Below are positions 9,480 through 18,083 of a stretch of DNA of 64,000 nt, piece after piece. This DNA is from an uncultured Methanosarcinales archaeon (GTDB taxonomy: Archaea > Nanobdellota > Nanobdellia > Woesearchaeales > GW2011-AR9). The stretch's first letter is position 1. Every line of letters starts with the position of its first letter. A model generated the notes under the pieces. That model was not told where the DNA came from and did no database searches. It saw only the letters and a list, made by a program, of their open reading frames with translations. The translations under genes and the position numbers were made by a program. The stretch lies in the NCBI GenBank assembly GCA_964498285.1, contig CAZCGN010000002.1:4923-68922 (forward strand), in the 5' to 3' direction.

Positions 9480-10505
9480 TTAATTTGATTCAACAGAATG
9501 TACTTCCTCTGTTTCAGGGATTGTGAATCGCTCACTCATAAGCGTTGACTGTAGCTCTCCATCATAAACTAAACTCTTATTGGATAGCCTTTCTAAAAGA
9601 GTACTACTCCATTCAAATTCACTTTTGTTTGCAATCTCTTCTTGGCTTGGATAGCAAACAACCTTCATTATATTCTTCTCCTGACTATCTAAGAAGATGC
9701 TCATCTCTCCTATCTTTCCTTCAACACGTAATAGGAAATTTCCAGGTTTCTTTTTTAGTTGTTCTAATAGAGCTAGTATCTGTGGGATTGTTTTAAGATC
9801 CATCTTATTTGTTGGATCCTTCTCAATGCGAATTTCATTAGAAAAGGTAATCTCAAGAGAATCCCCATATTTACTCTTGAGTTCATGCTCAATATCATTT
9901 GGGATTTTGTAGTTTGGGTCAAATTTTAGAGATTTTAGTGAGGAAAGACCTAATGCAATCTCCACGTAATTGGACTGATAGTTCAACCATTTGGCATCAC
10001 CTGCGACACTTTTTAAATGGTTTATTATTAGGCTAATTGTAGCCATGTTATCTCTTGTCAAATTACTTATCCTAAGACGGTGCATTCCATTTTGTTCATA
10101 TAAAAATAGGTACGTTTCAAAGTGAGTTGCAGGAAGTGTCAAGGAGACATTATGATCCTTTCTGATAGTTTTTCTTGGTTTGTTTCTATATAATTTAAAA
10201 ATTTCACACTCCTTCTCAGAACCGAAATGCTGAAGTTTTGGTCTATCGTCAGCAGATGAATTGAAAGACTTGCTAAATTTGTGAAGTCTTTTCATTAATT
10301 TTCCTCTAAGCTCTAATGCAGCCATATCGGTTGGAAACATAACTTCACTGAAACTATAGTTGCGAAAAGACCGGACATCTACATACGCTTCAAGCTTGAT
10401 ATTTGGGACATACTGAGACCAAAAATCCCTCTGCTCTTTTGACTTAAACGTAACAAGTAGTTGATTTTCGTTTACATTTGTAATCTTTAGCGGTCTAACA
10501 CCCAT
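9480..10505 (-). CDS. hypothetical protein
   Basis: 341-aa ORF; TTTATAAA ~23 nt upstream; no family recognised. Confidence 0.7.
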   Translation of the reverse strand: MGVRPLKITNVNENQLLVTFKSKEQRDFWSQYVPNIKLEAYVDVRSFRNYSFSEVMFPTDMAALELRGKLMKRLHKFSKSFNSSADDRPKLQHFGSEKECEIFKLYRNKPRKTIRKDHNVSLTLPATHFETYLFLYEQNGMHRLRISNLTRDNMATISLIINHLKSVAGDAKWLNYQSNYVEIALGLSSLKSLKFDPNYKIPNDIEHELKSKYGDSLEITFSNEIRIEKDPTNKMDLKTIPQILALLEQLKKKPGNFLLRVEGKIGEMSIFLDSQEKNIMKVVCYPSQEEIANKSEFEWSSTLLERLSNKSLVYDGELQSTLMSERFTIPETEEVHSVESN

Positions 10506-10539
10506 GAATTAATATATATAGAAGAATTTTATAAAGTTT

Positions 10540-11577
10540 ATGACTAAAATTAACAAAATTCTGGGTGTCTTTCTCCAAGGCATCAATGATCACCAAAGAT
10601 TTCAGCCACATATCTTGGAACTTTTTGATGCAATCACCTCCGGAAATTACCCCATACAGATAGATAAAGATCGCATTACAAATGATCTCCAAACTATTTT
10701 AATCGTGTCGAATAAAGTAAGTAGGTCAGAAGTAAACCAAGATGAAGAATTTTGGTATGCATATGTCCGTGTGTTGGAAACTTGTGCTGCTGAGATCTAC
10801 AGATACACAAGGAGTCATAAGTCTGAAATCTTAAACACCCATTTGTCTTCATTATGGCAAATTGCACGTACCTTGATGACAATCTATAGTGAATTCACAA
10901 AAAATGATCTTGCGCTAAGGAGACACGCTGAATATATGAGTTTCTCTGGGGAAATCACTTCCGCTAGAGATATGCCATCATTAGATCCAAACAAAGAAAC
11001 GGAAGTACATAAAGCACTTTGTAAGGAATTCTTAATGGTCCCACATGTCTCTTATAGTGGTCAAGAAGCTATAAATGATGGTTTTCTAGTTTTAGAGATT
11101 AATGGACAAAACCTAAATCCAGGAAACAAAATACCTCTCCCACAAAGCACCACTATAACTGCTAAGCCTAAGGGTTTAAACTTTCCCATCACGATTTTGT
11201 CAAGCCAGAGAGTACATCCACATAATTTTGATGGTCTTGTTGAAGCTATTAGGGTTTGGAGACCTGCAATGAAGCGTAAGTATGAAGAAGGACCAAAAGC
11301 TGAACTTGCAGAGTATCTCCGGCAAAAATTTCTACAGACTCGAGAGGAGAAAGGAGACAGCAACACCGACGTTCTTGTTTTTGCAAACATACCAGTGGAG
11401 GTGAAAAATAAACCAACTAAGTCCGAACTACATCGTTTGTCGGGTCAGATTCTTGAACAAAAAAAGGAGTATGGTTCTGTAATTGCAGTTGTTGTTAATA
11501 TAACAAATAATGATGTTTTTGAAGACTGGAAAGAAACTTTTGCTTCTGATCCATGTGTAAAGATAATCCCTAAATAG
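10540..11577 (+). CDS. hypothetical protein
   Basis: 345-aa ORF divergent from the previous gene across a 34-bp AT-rich spacer. Confidence 0.7.
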   Translation: MTKINKILGVFLQGINDHQRFQPHILELFDAITSGNYPIQIDKDRITNDLQTILIVSNKVSRSEVNQDEEFWYAYVRVLETCAAEIYRYTRSHKSEILNTHLSSLWQIARTLMTIYSEFTKNDLALRRHAEYMSFSGEITSARDMPSLDPNKETEVHKALCKEFLMVPHVSYSGQEAINDGFLVLEINGQNLNPGNKIPLPQSTTITAKPKGLNFPITILSSQRVHPHNFDGLVEAIRVWRPAMKRKYEEGPKAELAEYLRQKFLQTREEKGDSNTDVLVFANIPVEVKNKPTKSELHRLSGQILEQKKEYGSVIAVVVNITNNDVFEDWKETFASDPCVKIIPK

Positions 11578-11621
11578 GGGGGGGATATTCCAGTAAATTC
11601 CATATTATCTTCTTAACCACT

Positions 11622-11828
11622 TCACTTAAACATCTCTTTTAAAAACCACTTACCCCAAATAGCAACTTGCATTGTCACTACTAAAAGCAACGTTGTTATT
11701 CCTAGCCAAAATAGCCAGAATACTAATTTTGGATGTACTGTTGGAAAATAATCTCGTGCAAATTCCAGCGCAAAGCTCACTCCCACTAACCCAAATGGTA
11801 CTGCAATAAATCCTTTGTTTCCTATCAT
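11622..11828 (-). CDS. small two-TM membrane protein
   Basis: Two hydrophobic segments; SD-like GGGAGGAG before the ATG. Confidence 0.7.
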   Translation of the reverse strand: MIGNKGFIAVPFGLVGVSFALEFARDYFPTVHPKLVFWLFWLGITTLLLVVTMQVAIWGKWFLKEMFK

Positions 11829-11850
11829 TGTATATCTCCTCCCTTGTATT

Positions 11851-11873
11851 TTGTCATGTTACTTGTCATGTTA
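11851..11873. repeat. 11-bp direct repeat TTGTCATGTTA x2
   Basis: Copies at 11851-11861 and 11863-11873. Confidence 0.8.
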
Positions 11874-11877
11874 GATT

Positions 11878-11904
11878 TTGGACTTTGAGGCTCTCAAACT
11901 CCAA
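11878..11904. other. inverted repeat (hairpin) just downstream of the VirB4-like gene
   Basis: TTGGA-C-TTTGAG-GCT-CTCAAA-C-TCCAA. Confidence 0.65.
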
Positions 11905-11909
11905 TATTT

Positions 11910-14900
11910 TCACTTTGTCACCTTGAATTTGCGTACAATAGTTACATTTTTCTTAGGAGAGAATTGTAACCTGACAAACTCTTCTATTTGTAATCTAAAC
12001 AGAAGTGGCAGTTGATGTCGCATGTAACTGTTCTTGAGCTCTTTTTTTGGCAGGAAGATATAACCTCTCTTGCCATACTTCTTTCTCACTTCTGCAAACT
12101 TTTGATTATGATACTTCTTTTTACTTGGAGTTTTGACCTTGATACCTGTCTCAACTTCAATTGCGATTTCTTCACCAGCTTTATTTGTGAATATAATATC
12201 TGGTTTTTCTGTTAAGAACTTCTGAACTTTGTTTGTGTGCTTTTTGATAGCTTGATAGATCAACTCAACATAGTATGTGTGTTGAGCTCCTTGTGGCGGA
12301 CGAACTTTTACAAAGTATGATCGTGGTCGATCTTTTTTTAGGCCATGATAATTCCCTAAAAGATAACCATTGTTACTCAAGAAATTCTGCTCTTCCAAAC
12401 TTAGTTTTTCAGCTGCATGCACATCCTGCTCAATATCAAGCTTGATGGTAACGTCTTCTTTGTCTTTGACCTTGCCTTTCTTTTTCTCATTTTGCTTTAT
12501 CATCTCATCAGGATTTGTTGTAATGAGTTCATGCTCTTTTTCTGAGGAAATAACTTGTAACTCTTGGTGCTCATTCTCAAGGATAAGAACTCCTTGCCCT
12601 TTTTGTGCAGTTATCAAATAATCCTTCTCTGCCTGGGATAGATTGAACACAGTTGCAACATTTCTCATTACCGCAGGCTTCTGACGCAACAAAAACGTGT
12701 AAGAGGTATTAGCAAGTACAGCGTGACCAGCTTTAGAAGAAACCAGATCAGCAACATCTTGTGTAATCATCAAAAGACCTAGGTTGAATTTACGACAGGT
12801 TTTGACGATTTCAAACACATATGATGACTCTTCAGCCGTTTGCAGCATTGCCCACGCCTCATCAATCACTAAAATCTTTCTACGCAAAGAATGCTTCATA
12901 CGTTGGTAAACATAATCTAACACTAAGTACATCACAACAGGTTTTACTTGCTTTGGCATGTTACCAATGTTAAAGCACACAAAATTCTTGCTAAAATCAA
13001 TATTTGTTTGCTTGTTAAGAAATGAAAACACACCATTCTCTGCATACATCCCTAAACGTGTAATCAATGCAGTGTAAGTCTTCTTTTCTTGCGCTGATGC
13101 ACGTTTCATCTCTGTATGTAAGGTTTGATACAAATCTTGTATGATTGGAGGATTTTTGGCTTGCCATGAGTCACGATTAATACCTTTCTTGCCATATGTA
13201 AGATCAACACATTTGTCTAGAATTGCTTTTTGAACTTCTGTAATTTCACCAAACATGATTTTGAACAGATCCATCAAGGATAATCTTTTCTCTAGGTATT
13301 CATGCCCCATCAAATCAAGTGGATTAATGATAGTTTCAGAATCTTTACTTATCGTAATAGTCTCACCCTTGTAATGCTCTGTGATTGCCAAATACTCTCC
13401 TTGTGGATCAATGATGATTACATCACAACCACCCAGATGCTGCCTAGAGATCAAGAGTTTAGTAAAATAGGATTTTCCAGCACCAGAGGTAGCTAGAATA
13501 ATACCGTTAGCATTCGTCAAACCAAACACGTTCTTGATGTAGGGAATATTGTTCTTGTTCAAACCAAGTAATATCCCATCATCATCAATATCTAAGAATG
13601 GTGAGCTAAATGGAAAGAACGCACTCAGTCCTTCAGTGTGAATATTTCGTTTTAATTGAAGAGTATCTCTTGCTAAAGGAAGCATTGACTCATATCCTTG
13701 CTGCATTTGAAACATAGGTTGTGTGCTCTGAATCATCAAACCATCTAAATCTGCTTTAATACGCTTAGAGAGCAGCCGTGCTTCTTCTTTTGTGGAACCT
13801 TTACACATAATGTATAACGAGACATTAAAGAGCTTCTGCTCACCTTTCTGCAGGTCTTCCAACACTTTACGTGTTGATTTGTATTTGATCTCCAAAGATG
13901 GGTTAATGATCCCTTTTGAAGAGTCCGTGTGCAAATCAGATTGTTGCTTTTGTAATTCTCGATTTAATTGAACCATTGTATCTTCAATTGGATATGGCTC
14001 AATGTGCACAGAGATGTCATAATTCTCACCTGAAGAAACAATTTTATCCAAAAAGCCCATCTCAACAGAATGAGGATAACCCTTCACTATCAAGATTCTA
14101 CAGAACTGTTTGTCTACCTCAAAGAAATCATGATAGAACATAATGTTTTGTGGTGAGAGTAAATGATGTGTATAATTCTCAACAATTTGACCAACTTTGA
14201 GTTGTTTGGGTGTTTTGTTCGCAACATAGTTGTAGAACAATCTGAGCAAATGATTTTCTGTGAGTCTTCTCACCTTTAGGCCCAATGAAGTGAGTTTTTG
14301 CTCGCACACAGCAACTTGGATTTCTAGATCATCTCTTTCATTTATGATAATGTAGAATTTGCGGTTTTTGATTTTTTTCTCAGTAATGAATTTGGAGATG
14401 AATTTTTTATATGATGCAAAAAGTTCTGGGTAAGATTTAGTTTTCTTCTCTAAGTATCGGAAATGTTTATCAAGATTAATTGTGTGAGAGCTAATATGTA
14501 CTTGAATGGGAAATGCTAAAGAATTGAGAAATTTCTGAAACCCCTTGATGATGGCTTCTTGTTCTTCCTCAGTTTTGATCAAGAAATTAATAGGTGTGAT
14601 TTCTAACACTGCTAATTTTTGTTTTTCAGTATGAATAGTTCCATCTTTGATATGACTTACATCGATAATCTTTCGAAGAGCATCAGAATTGACCTTGGCT
14701 TCTTGTGTTGTAAGATGCTGGATCAAATCTTTTGTTCGTTTAAACCCATCAAAGAACATCAAAAATGCTGTGAGAATTATGATAAGAACCGTAATTGAAA
14801 TTGCAAGGGGCCTTGGCAAAGGCAGTTTGAAGAAGATAATGAAGATTAATAGTAAAGCTGGCGCTGCATAGAAGAGTTGTATCCACGTCATACCGTAGAT

Positions 14901-14945
14901 AATCTTCTCCTTGTGTTGCAGAGGTGGTGGGATGTCGTAAGACAT
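11910..14945 (-). CDS. VirB4/TraC-family conjugative ATPase with N-terminal PrgI/VirB3-like TM region and C-terminal PD-(D/E)xK-like domain
   Basis: N-terminal YDIPPPLQHKEKIIYGMTWIQL plus two TM; Walker A ATSGAGKS; IIIDPQGEY; INPLD; Walker B VIDEAW; RKFNLGLLMITQ; C-terminal H..KPDIIF..IAIEVETG. Confidence 0.88.
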   Translation of the reverse strand: MSYDIPPPLQHKEKIIYGMTWIQLFYAAPALLLIFIIFFKLPLPRPLAISITVLIIILTAFLMFFDGFKRTKDLIQHLTTQEAKVNSDALRKIIDVSHIKDGTIHTEKQKLAVLEITPINFLIKTEEEQEAIIKGFQKFLNSLAFPIQVHISSHTINLDKHFRYLEKKTKSYPELFASYKKFISKFITEKKIKNRKFYIIINERDDLEIQVAVCEQKLTSLGLKVRRLTENHLLRLFYNYVANKTPKQLKVGQIVENYTHHLLSPQNIMFYHDFFEVDKQFCRILIVKGYPHSVEMGFLDKIVSSGENYDISVHIEPYPIEDTMVQLNRELQKQQSDLHTDSSKGIINPSLEIKYKSTRKVLEDLQKGEQKLFNVSLYIMCKGSTKEEARLLSKRIKADLDGLMIQSTQPMFQMQQGYESMLPLARDTLQLKRNIHTEGLSAFFPFSSPFLDIDDDGILLGLNKNNIPYIKNVFGLTNANGIILATSGAGKSYFTKLLISRQHLGGCDVIIIDPQGEYLAITEHYKGETITISKDSETIINPLDLMGHEYLEKRLSLMDLFKIMFGEITEVQKAILDKCVDLTYGKKGINRDSWQAKNPPIIQDLYQTLHTEMKRASAQEKKTYTALITRLGMYAENGVFSFLNKQTNIDFSKNFVCFNIGNMPKQVKPVVMYLVLDYVYQRMKHSLRRKILVIDEAWAMLQTAEESSYVFEIVKTCRKFNLGLLMITQDVADLVSSKAGHAVLANTSYTFLLRQKPAVMRNVATVFNLSQAEKDYLITAQKGQGVLILENEHQELQVISSEKEHELITTNPDEMIKQNEKKKGKVKDKEDVTIKLDIEQDVHAAEKLSLEEQNFLSNNGYLLGNYHGLKKDRPRSYFVKVRPPQGAQHTYYVELIYQAIKKHTNKVQKFLTEKPDIIFTNKAGEEIAIEVETGIKVKTPSKKKYHNQKFAEVRKKYGKRGYIFLPKKELKNSYMRHQLPLLFRLQIEEFVRLQFSPKKNVTIVRKFKVTK

Positions 14946-14956
14946 GATTGGAAAAG

Positions 14957-16984
14957 TTATACAAATAATAATCCTACATACTTGACTGCTGCACTCAAAT
15001 TATCTTTCAAGCCAGCAGTAGTTGCTTCACTGAGTGAAAAGATAAACGAAAAAAGGGTTGTAAGTCCTACTAGGATAAAGCACACAATCATGACCAAAAT
15101 TTTGAAGTTAACAAACAAAGGAATATCTAAGAGCATTGATGATGCCAAAATAATGAGCATGTCAAAGAACGTAACAAAAATCATTATTCCTAAGAATGTC
15201 AAAATAAATTTTCCATAGCTCTTGAGTGGTGGGATGAAAAAGAGAAATATTCCAATAGGGAATAACACAACACCCATACTCACAATAATATACCTTATTA
15301 CAAGAAGTAATACATTGATGAGAAGTACTCCTAAGTACACCATGCCAAATGCAAACTGAAGACCTATGTTTGCAAGACTATCGACAGTGAGCAAAAAGAA
15401 TGTTGGATCGACTTGTGAGAGCAGGGCACTACTCATATTCGCTGCTAATGTTGTGAGAAGATCATAGAGATAGAAAGACCCTTGTACAAGAATCATCATA
15501 AAGATACCACCTTGTAGCATCCCTTTGGCATGTGCGCGCTTGATAGGATTTGCATTGCCAATCACTAAAATAACTCCTGCATACAATATGAAGAAGATGT
15601 AGGAGACTGAGACAATGTAGCGTATAATTGACCACAAGGACTCAAAGAGTGCTATCGAAACATCAGCTGTCAATAAACTTTCTGTCAGGCTCAATAATGG
15701 TGCTATTGGCAAATTGATAAGGTAGAGCACAAAATCGAACAATACTTCTGGAAGACACGAAGCAAAGTTAGTGATAGAACAAGTATCTGCAAGCACAGGT
15801 GCAGGAAGAATCATAAGAACAAGAAATATTGGTAAAACTATCTTTCGTAGTTGTGATTGAATAAGTTTGTACAAAATGTATGCTACAACACAAAATGTGA
15901 GAACGTACCAGAGTAAAGATAAACTAATATCCTGCTCTTCTGTTTCGTAAGCAATGATTTCTCCAGAAGAATTCGTGATATCGCACTCTTCTTCAATATC
16001 TTCAAAATGGTTGTATGCTGAAACAAGACATGGATTCAAAGCATTGACATAGAACGTGTTGTTATCAATATACAAGTTGTCAATTGTTGTGACAGGTGTT
16101 TCATGAGCTTGAAGCACAGCAACATGGTATGGCTCTTTTTCAAACATAACTGAATAGCTGTACTGTTGCCGTGTTAGGTTAGAAGTAGGAAAATCAATAG
16201 CATACGTACTGTAGTTAGTAGCTGTAATCTTACCCTGCGTAGTATCTTGGTATTCATTAAGAATTTCAAGCGAAACTTCCGGTTCTGCATCATAATGAAT
16301 AACTTCTTTTACTTCGTCAAGAACAATAGAATCTATCCAAATGGTTGAATATTCGTATTGACAAAACGGTGTGCAATACCTACAATGCCTTTGCCACCAA
16401 TAATGCTTTTGCTCAACTCTAGCACTAATGGTTAACTCAGCCTTAATTTCACTGTCACGAAAGATAAAGAGCCAAGGTGCTGTGGTGTGTTCAACATTAT
16501 TCACATAATATCGTACAACCGCACTATTTTCTGTGACATGATGTGTTGTTCTACAATCTCCATAGCTGTTATGATGTGGATAGCGCCAAGCATGATAATC
16601 AAGAGGAATACTGAGCCAATAATTGTAATGTGAATATGCCCTTACATCTTGAGGAACCAAAAACGAACCATTTTCATAGACTGAAGGTGCGATATACGAA
16701 AAAGACAACCACGCATCACGAATTAAAGAAGAACTCACAACACTTACATTAAAAGGAGCAGAAGTAATTGATAAACCTTCATTATATTCTTCAACGAAAT
16801 TGTGGTCTGGTTCGTAAATATTGCCATACAACAAAGAAGCATACACCAACTCTTTCTCACTCTCAGGCAAACTTGAACTTTGAATCTCAGAACAGTATGA
16901 ACTCTCACTCACACTACTACAATCAAAAGAAAGAACTGCTGGTAGCAAAACTAGCGCTACCAGCACAAAAACAAGCGGTTTCAT
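14957..16984 (-). CDS. membrane protein: Cys-rich exported N-domain fused to a VirB6/TrbL-like multi-TM domain
   Basis: Signal peptide MKPLVFVLVALVLLPAVLS (ATG 16984 overlaps the pilin stop); internal second signal-like segment RKIVLPIFLVLMILPAPVLA; several C-terminal TM helices; lies between pilin and VirB4. Confidence 0.7.
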   Translation of the reverse strand: MKPLVFVLVALVLLPAVLSFDCSSVSESSYCSEIQSSSLPESEKELVYASLLYGNIYEPDHNFVEEYNEGLSITSAPFNVSVVSSSLIRDAWLSFSYIAPSVYENGSFLVPQDVRAYSHYNYWLSIPLDYHAWRYPHHNSYGDCRTTHHVTENSAVVRYYVNNVEHTTAPWLFIFRDSEIKAELTISARVEQKHYWWQRHCRYCTPFCQYEYSTIWIDSIVLDEVKEVIHYDAEPEVSLEILNEYQDTTQGKITATNYSTYAIDFPTSNLTRQQYSYSVMFEKEPYHVAVLQAHETPVTTIDNLYIDNNTFYVNALNPCLVSAYNHFEDIEEECDITNSSGEIIAYETEEQDISLSLLWYVLTFCVVAYILYKLIQSQLRKIVLPIFLVLMILPAPVLADTCSITNFASCLPEVLFDFVLYLINLPIAPLLSLTESLLTADVSIALFESLWSIIRYIVSVSYIFFILYAGVILVIGNANPIKRAHAKGMLQGGIFMMILVQGSFYLYDLLTTLAANMSSALLSQVDPTFFLLTVDSLANIGLQFAFGMVYLGVLLINVLLLVIRYIIVSMGVVLFPIGIFLFFIPPLKSYGKFILTFLGIMIFVTFFDMLIILASSMLLDIPLFVNFKILVMIVCFILVGLTTLFSFIFSLSEATTAGLKDNLSAAVKYVGLLFV

Positions 16985-17307
16985 GCGAACACGAACTCCA
17001 CAATGGTTGGCGCGACCCAAATCAGAATCAAACCAACGACAACGCCAGCGATCATTGCTTTGGCTCGGTTCTTTTTTGCTTGCTCGCCACCTGCTGTCGC
17101 AAACATGATGCCAGCAAACACAAGCATCAACACACCAACTACAGTCATCGCATACTTTATCGCATTGTACACGCTCATAACTGGTTCAAGGATTTCATCA
17201 ATCAAAGCTTCTTCATCAGAAGTTAAATCCTCATCCCAATCAATCTCCGCTAACGCGAAGGGGGCTGCTAATAAAAGCAGTAATAACACACAAAGAAATT
17301 TCTTCAT
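16981..17307 (-). CDS. VirB2/TrbC-like pilin
   Basis: Signal peptide plus two hydrophobic helices joined by GGEQAKKNRAKAMI; strong SD GGAGGTG. Confidence 0.82.
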   Translation of the reverse strand: MKKFLCVLLLLLLAAPFALAEIDWDEDLTSDEEALIDEILEPVMSVYNAIKYAMTVVGVLMLVFAGIMFATAGGEQAKKNRAKAMIAGVVVGLILIWVAPTIVEFVFA

Positions 17308-17522
17308 AGGTACACCTCCTGGCTATGGCCAAAATTTTCTTCGAAGACAGAAGTAAGAAGAGGCTTCTTCTCTAGTGGTTGGGGTGGTAGAATTTCTGAA
17401 GAAGCCTCTTGATAAATATGATACACTCTCGGTGGCTTGCTCAGAAGTGTAACAAGAAAGACAAACATAAGTACAGCAAGCATAATAGTTAGGCTAAGGA
17501 TGATTGTGATGTATTCACTCAT
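17304..17522 (-). CDS. small single-TM protein of the T4SS-like operon
   Basis: MSEYITIILSLTIMLAVLMFVFLVTLL TM; overlaps both neighbours (start taken at 17522). Confidence 0.65.
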   Translation of the reverse strand: MSEYITIILSLTIMLAVLMFVFLVTLLSKPPRVYHIYQEASSEILPPQPLEKKPLLTSVFEENFGHSQEVYL

Positions 17523-17661
17523 CTTCCTTAACCTCATACGCTTCTTCGTAGAGTGCAAGGATTTCACTCACGCTCTTGTTAGGGTATTTCTTACTGAGTA
17601 CCTTAACACAGGTAGGACACATCCTACACTCAATCTCACTTTCACAGACTTTACATTTCAT
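17515..17661 (-). CDS. small Cys-rich (Zn-finger-like) protein, not in the ORF track
   Basis: Manual translation MKCKVCESEIECRMCPTCVKVLSKKYPNKSVSEILALYEEAYEVKEDE*; SD-like GGAGAT; stop overlaps the next ATG. Confidence 0.65.
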   Translation of the reverse strand: MKCKVCESEIECRMCPTCVKVLSKKYPNKSVSEILALYEEAYEVKEDE

Positions 17662-17956
17662 TCAACATCATCTCCAAATAGGTTTTGATGCGCGCACATC
17701 TGTGAATTATTCTGTGAGAAGTTGTATTTATTCTTCCTGGCCCAGTACGGGCCATACTTCAAAGAAAGAATTATATACTTTAAAGCAATAATAGAAGCAA
17801 AAATACAGAAAACGGCAGTTTATTTCCTGTATTGATCAAAGTGGTCGTGTGGACGTTAACTTGATCTGCTCATTCGGCAGGGGCTTTTATTCTCACTTAA
17901 GGTCTCTAGTCGAAAAATTGGCAAAAATCGAGCTGGAGTTGTGAATTAAAAAAAGA

Positions 17957-18028
17957 AGCCCCAGCCGAGATTTGAACTCGGGATCTCCACATTACCAATG
18001 TGACGCCTTACCGCTGGGCCACTGGGGC
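17957..18028 (-). tRNA. tRNA-Thr(GGT)
   Basis: GCCCCAG acceptor stem, anticodon loop TTGGTAA, T-loop GTTCAAATC; no encoded CCA; followed by a T-run. Confidence 0.95.
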
Positions 18029-18083
18029 ATAATGTACCAAATGCTGAGATTTTCTTTATTAAGTTTTTGGTAAGAATGGTTTA

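Noticed and set aside
11577-11584. G8 tract as a phase-variation site
   Set aside because: It lies just after a stop codon between convergent genes, so it would not shift a frame or promoter
17802-17880. Hammerhead-type ribozyme
   Set aside because: No CUGANGA/GAAA core in the right arrangement; kept only as unexplained hairpins
1-17956. att duplicate of the tRNA-Thr 3' end and an integrase
   Set aside because: None found by eye, so the region is not called as a bounded mobile element
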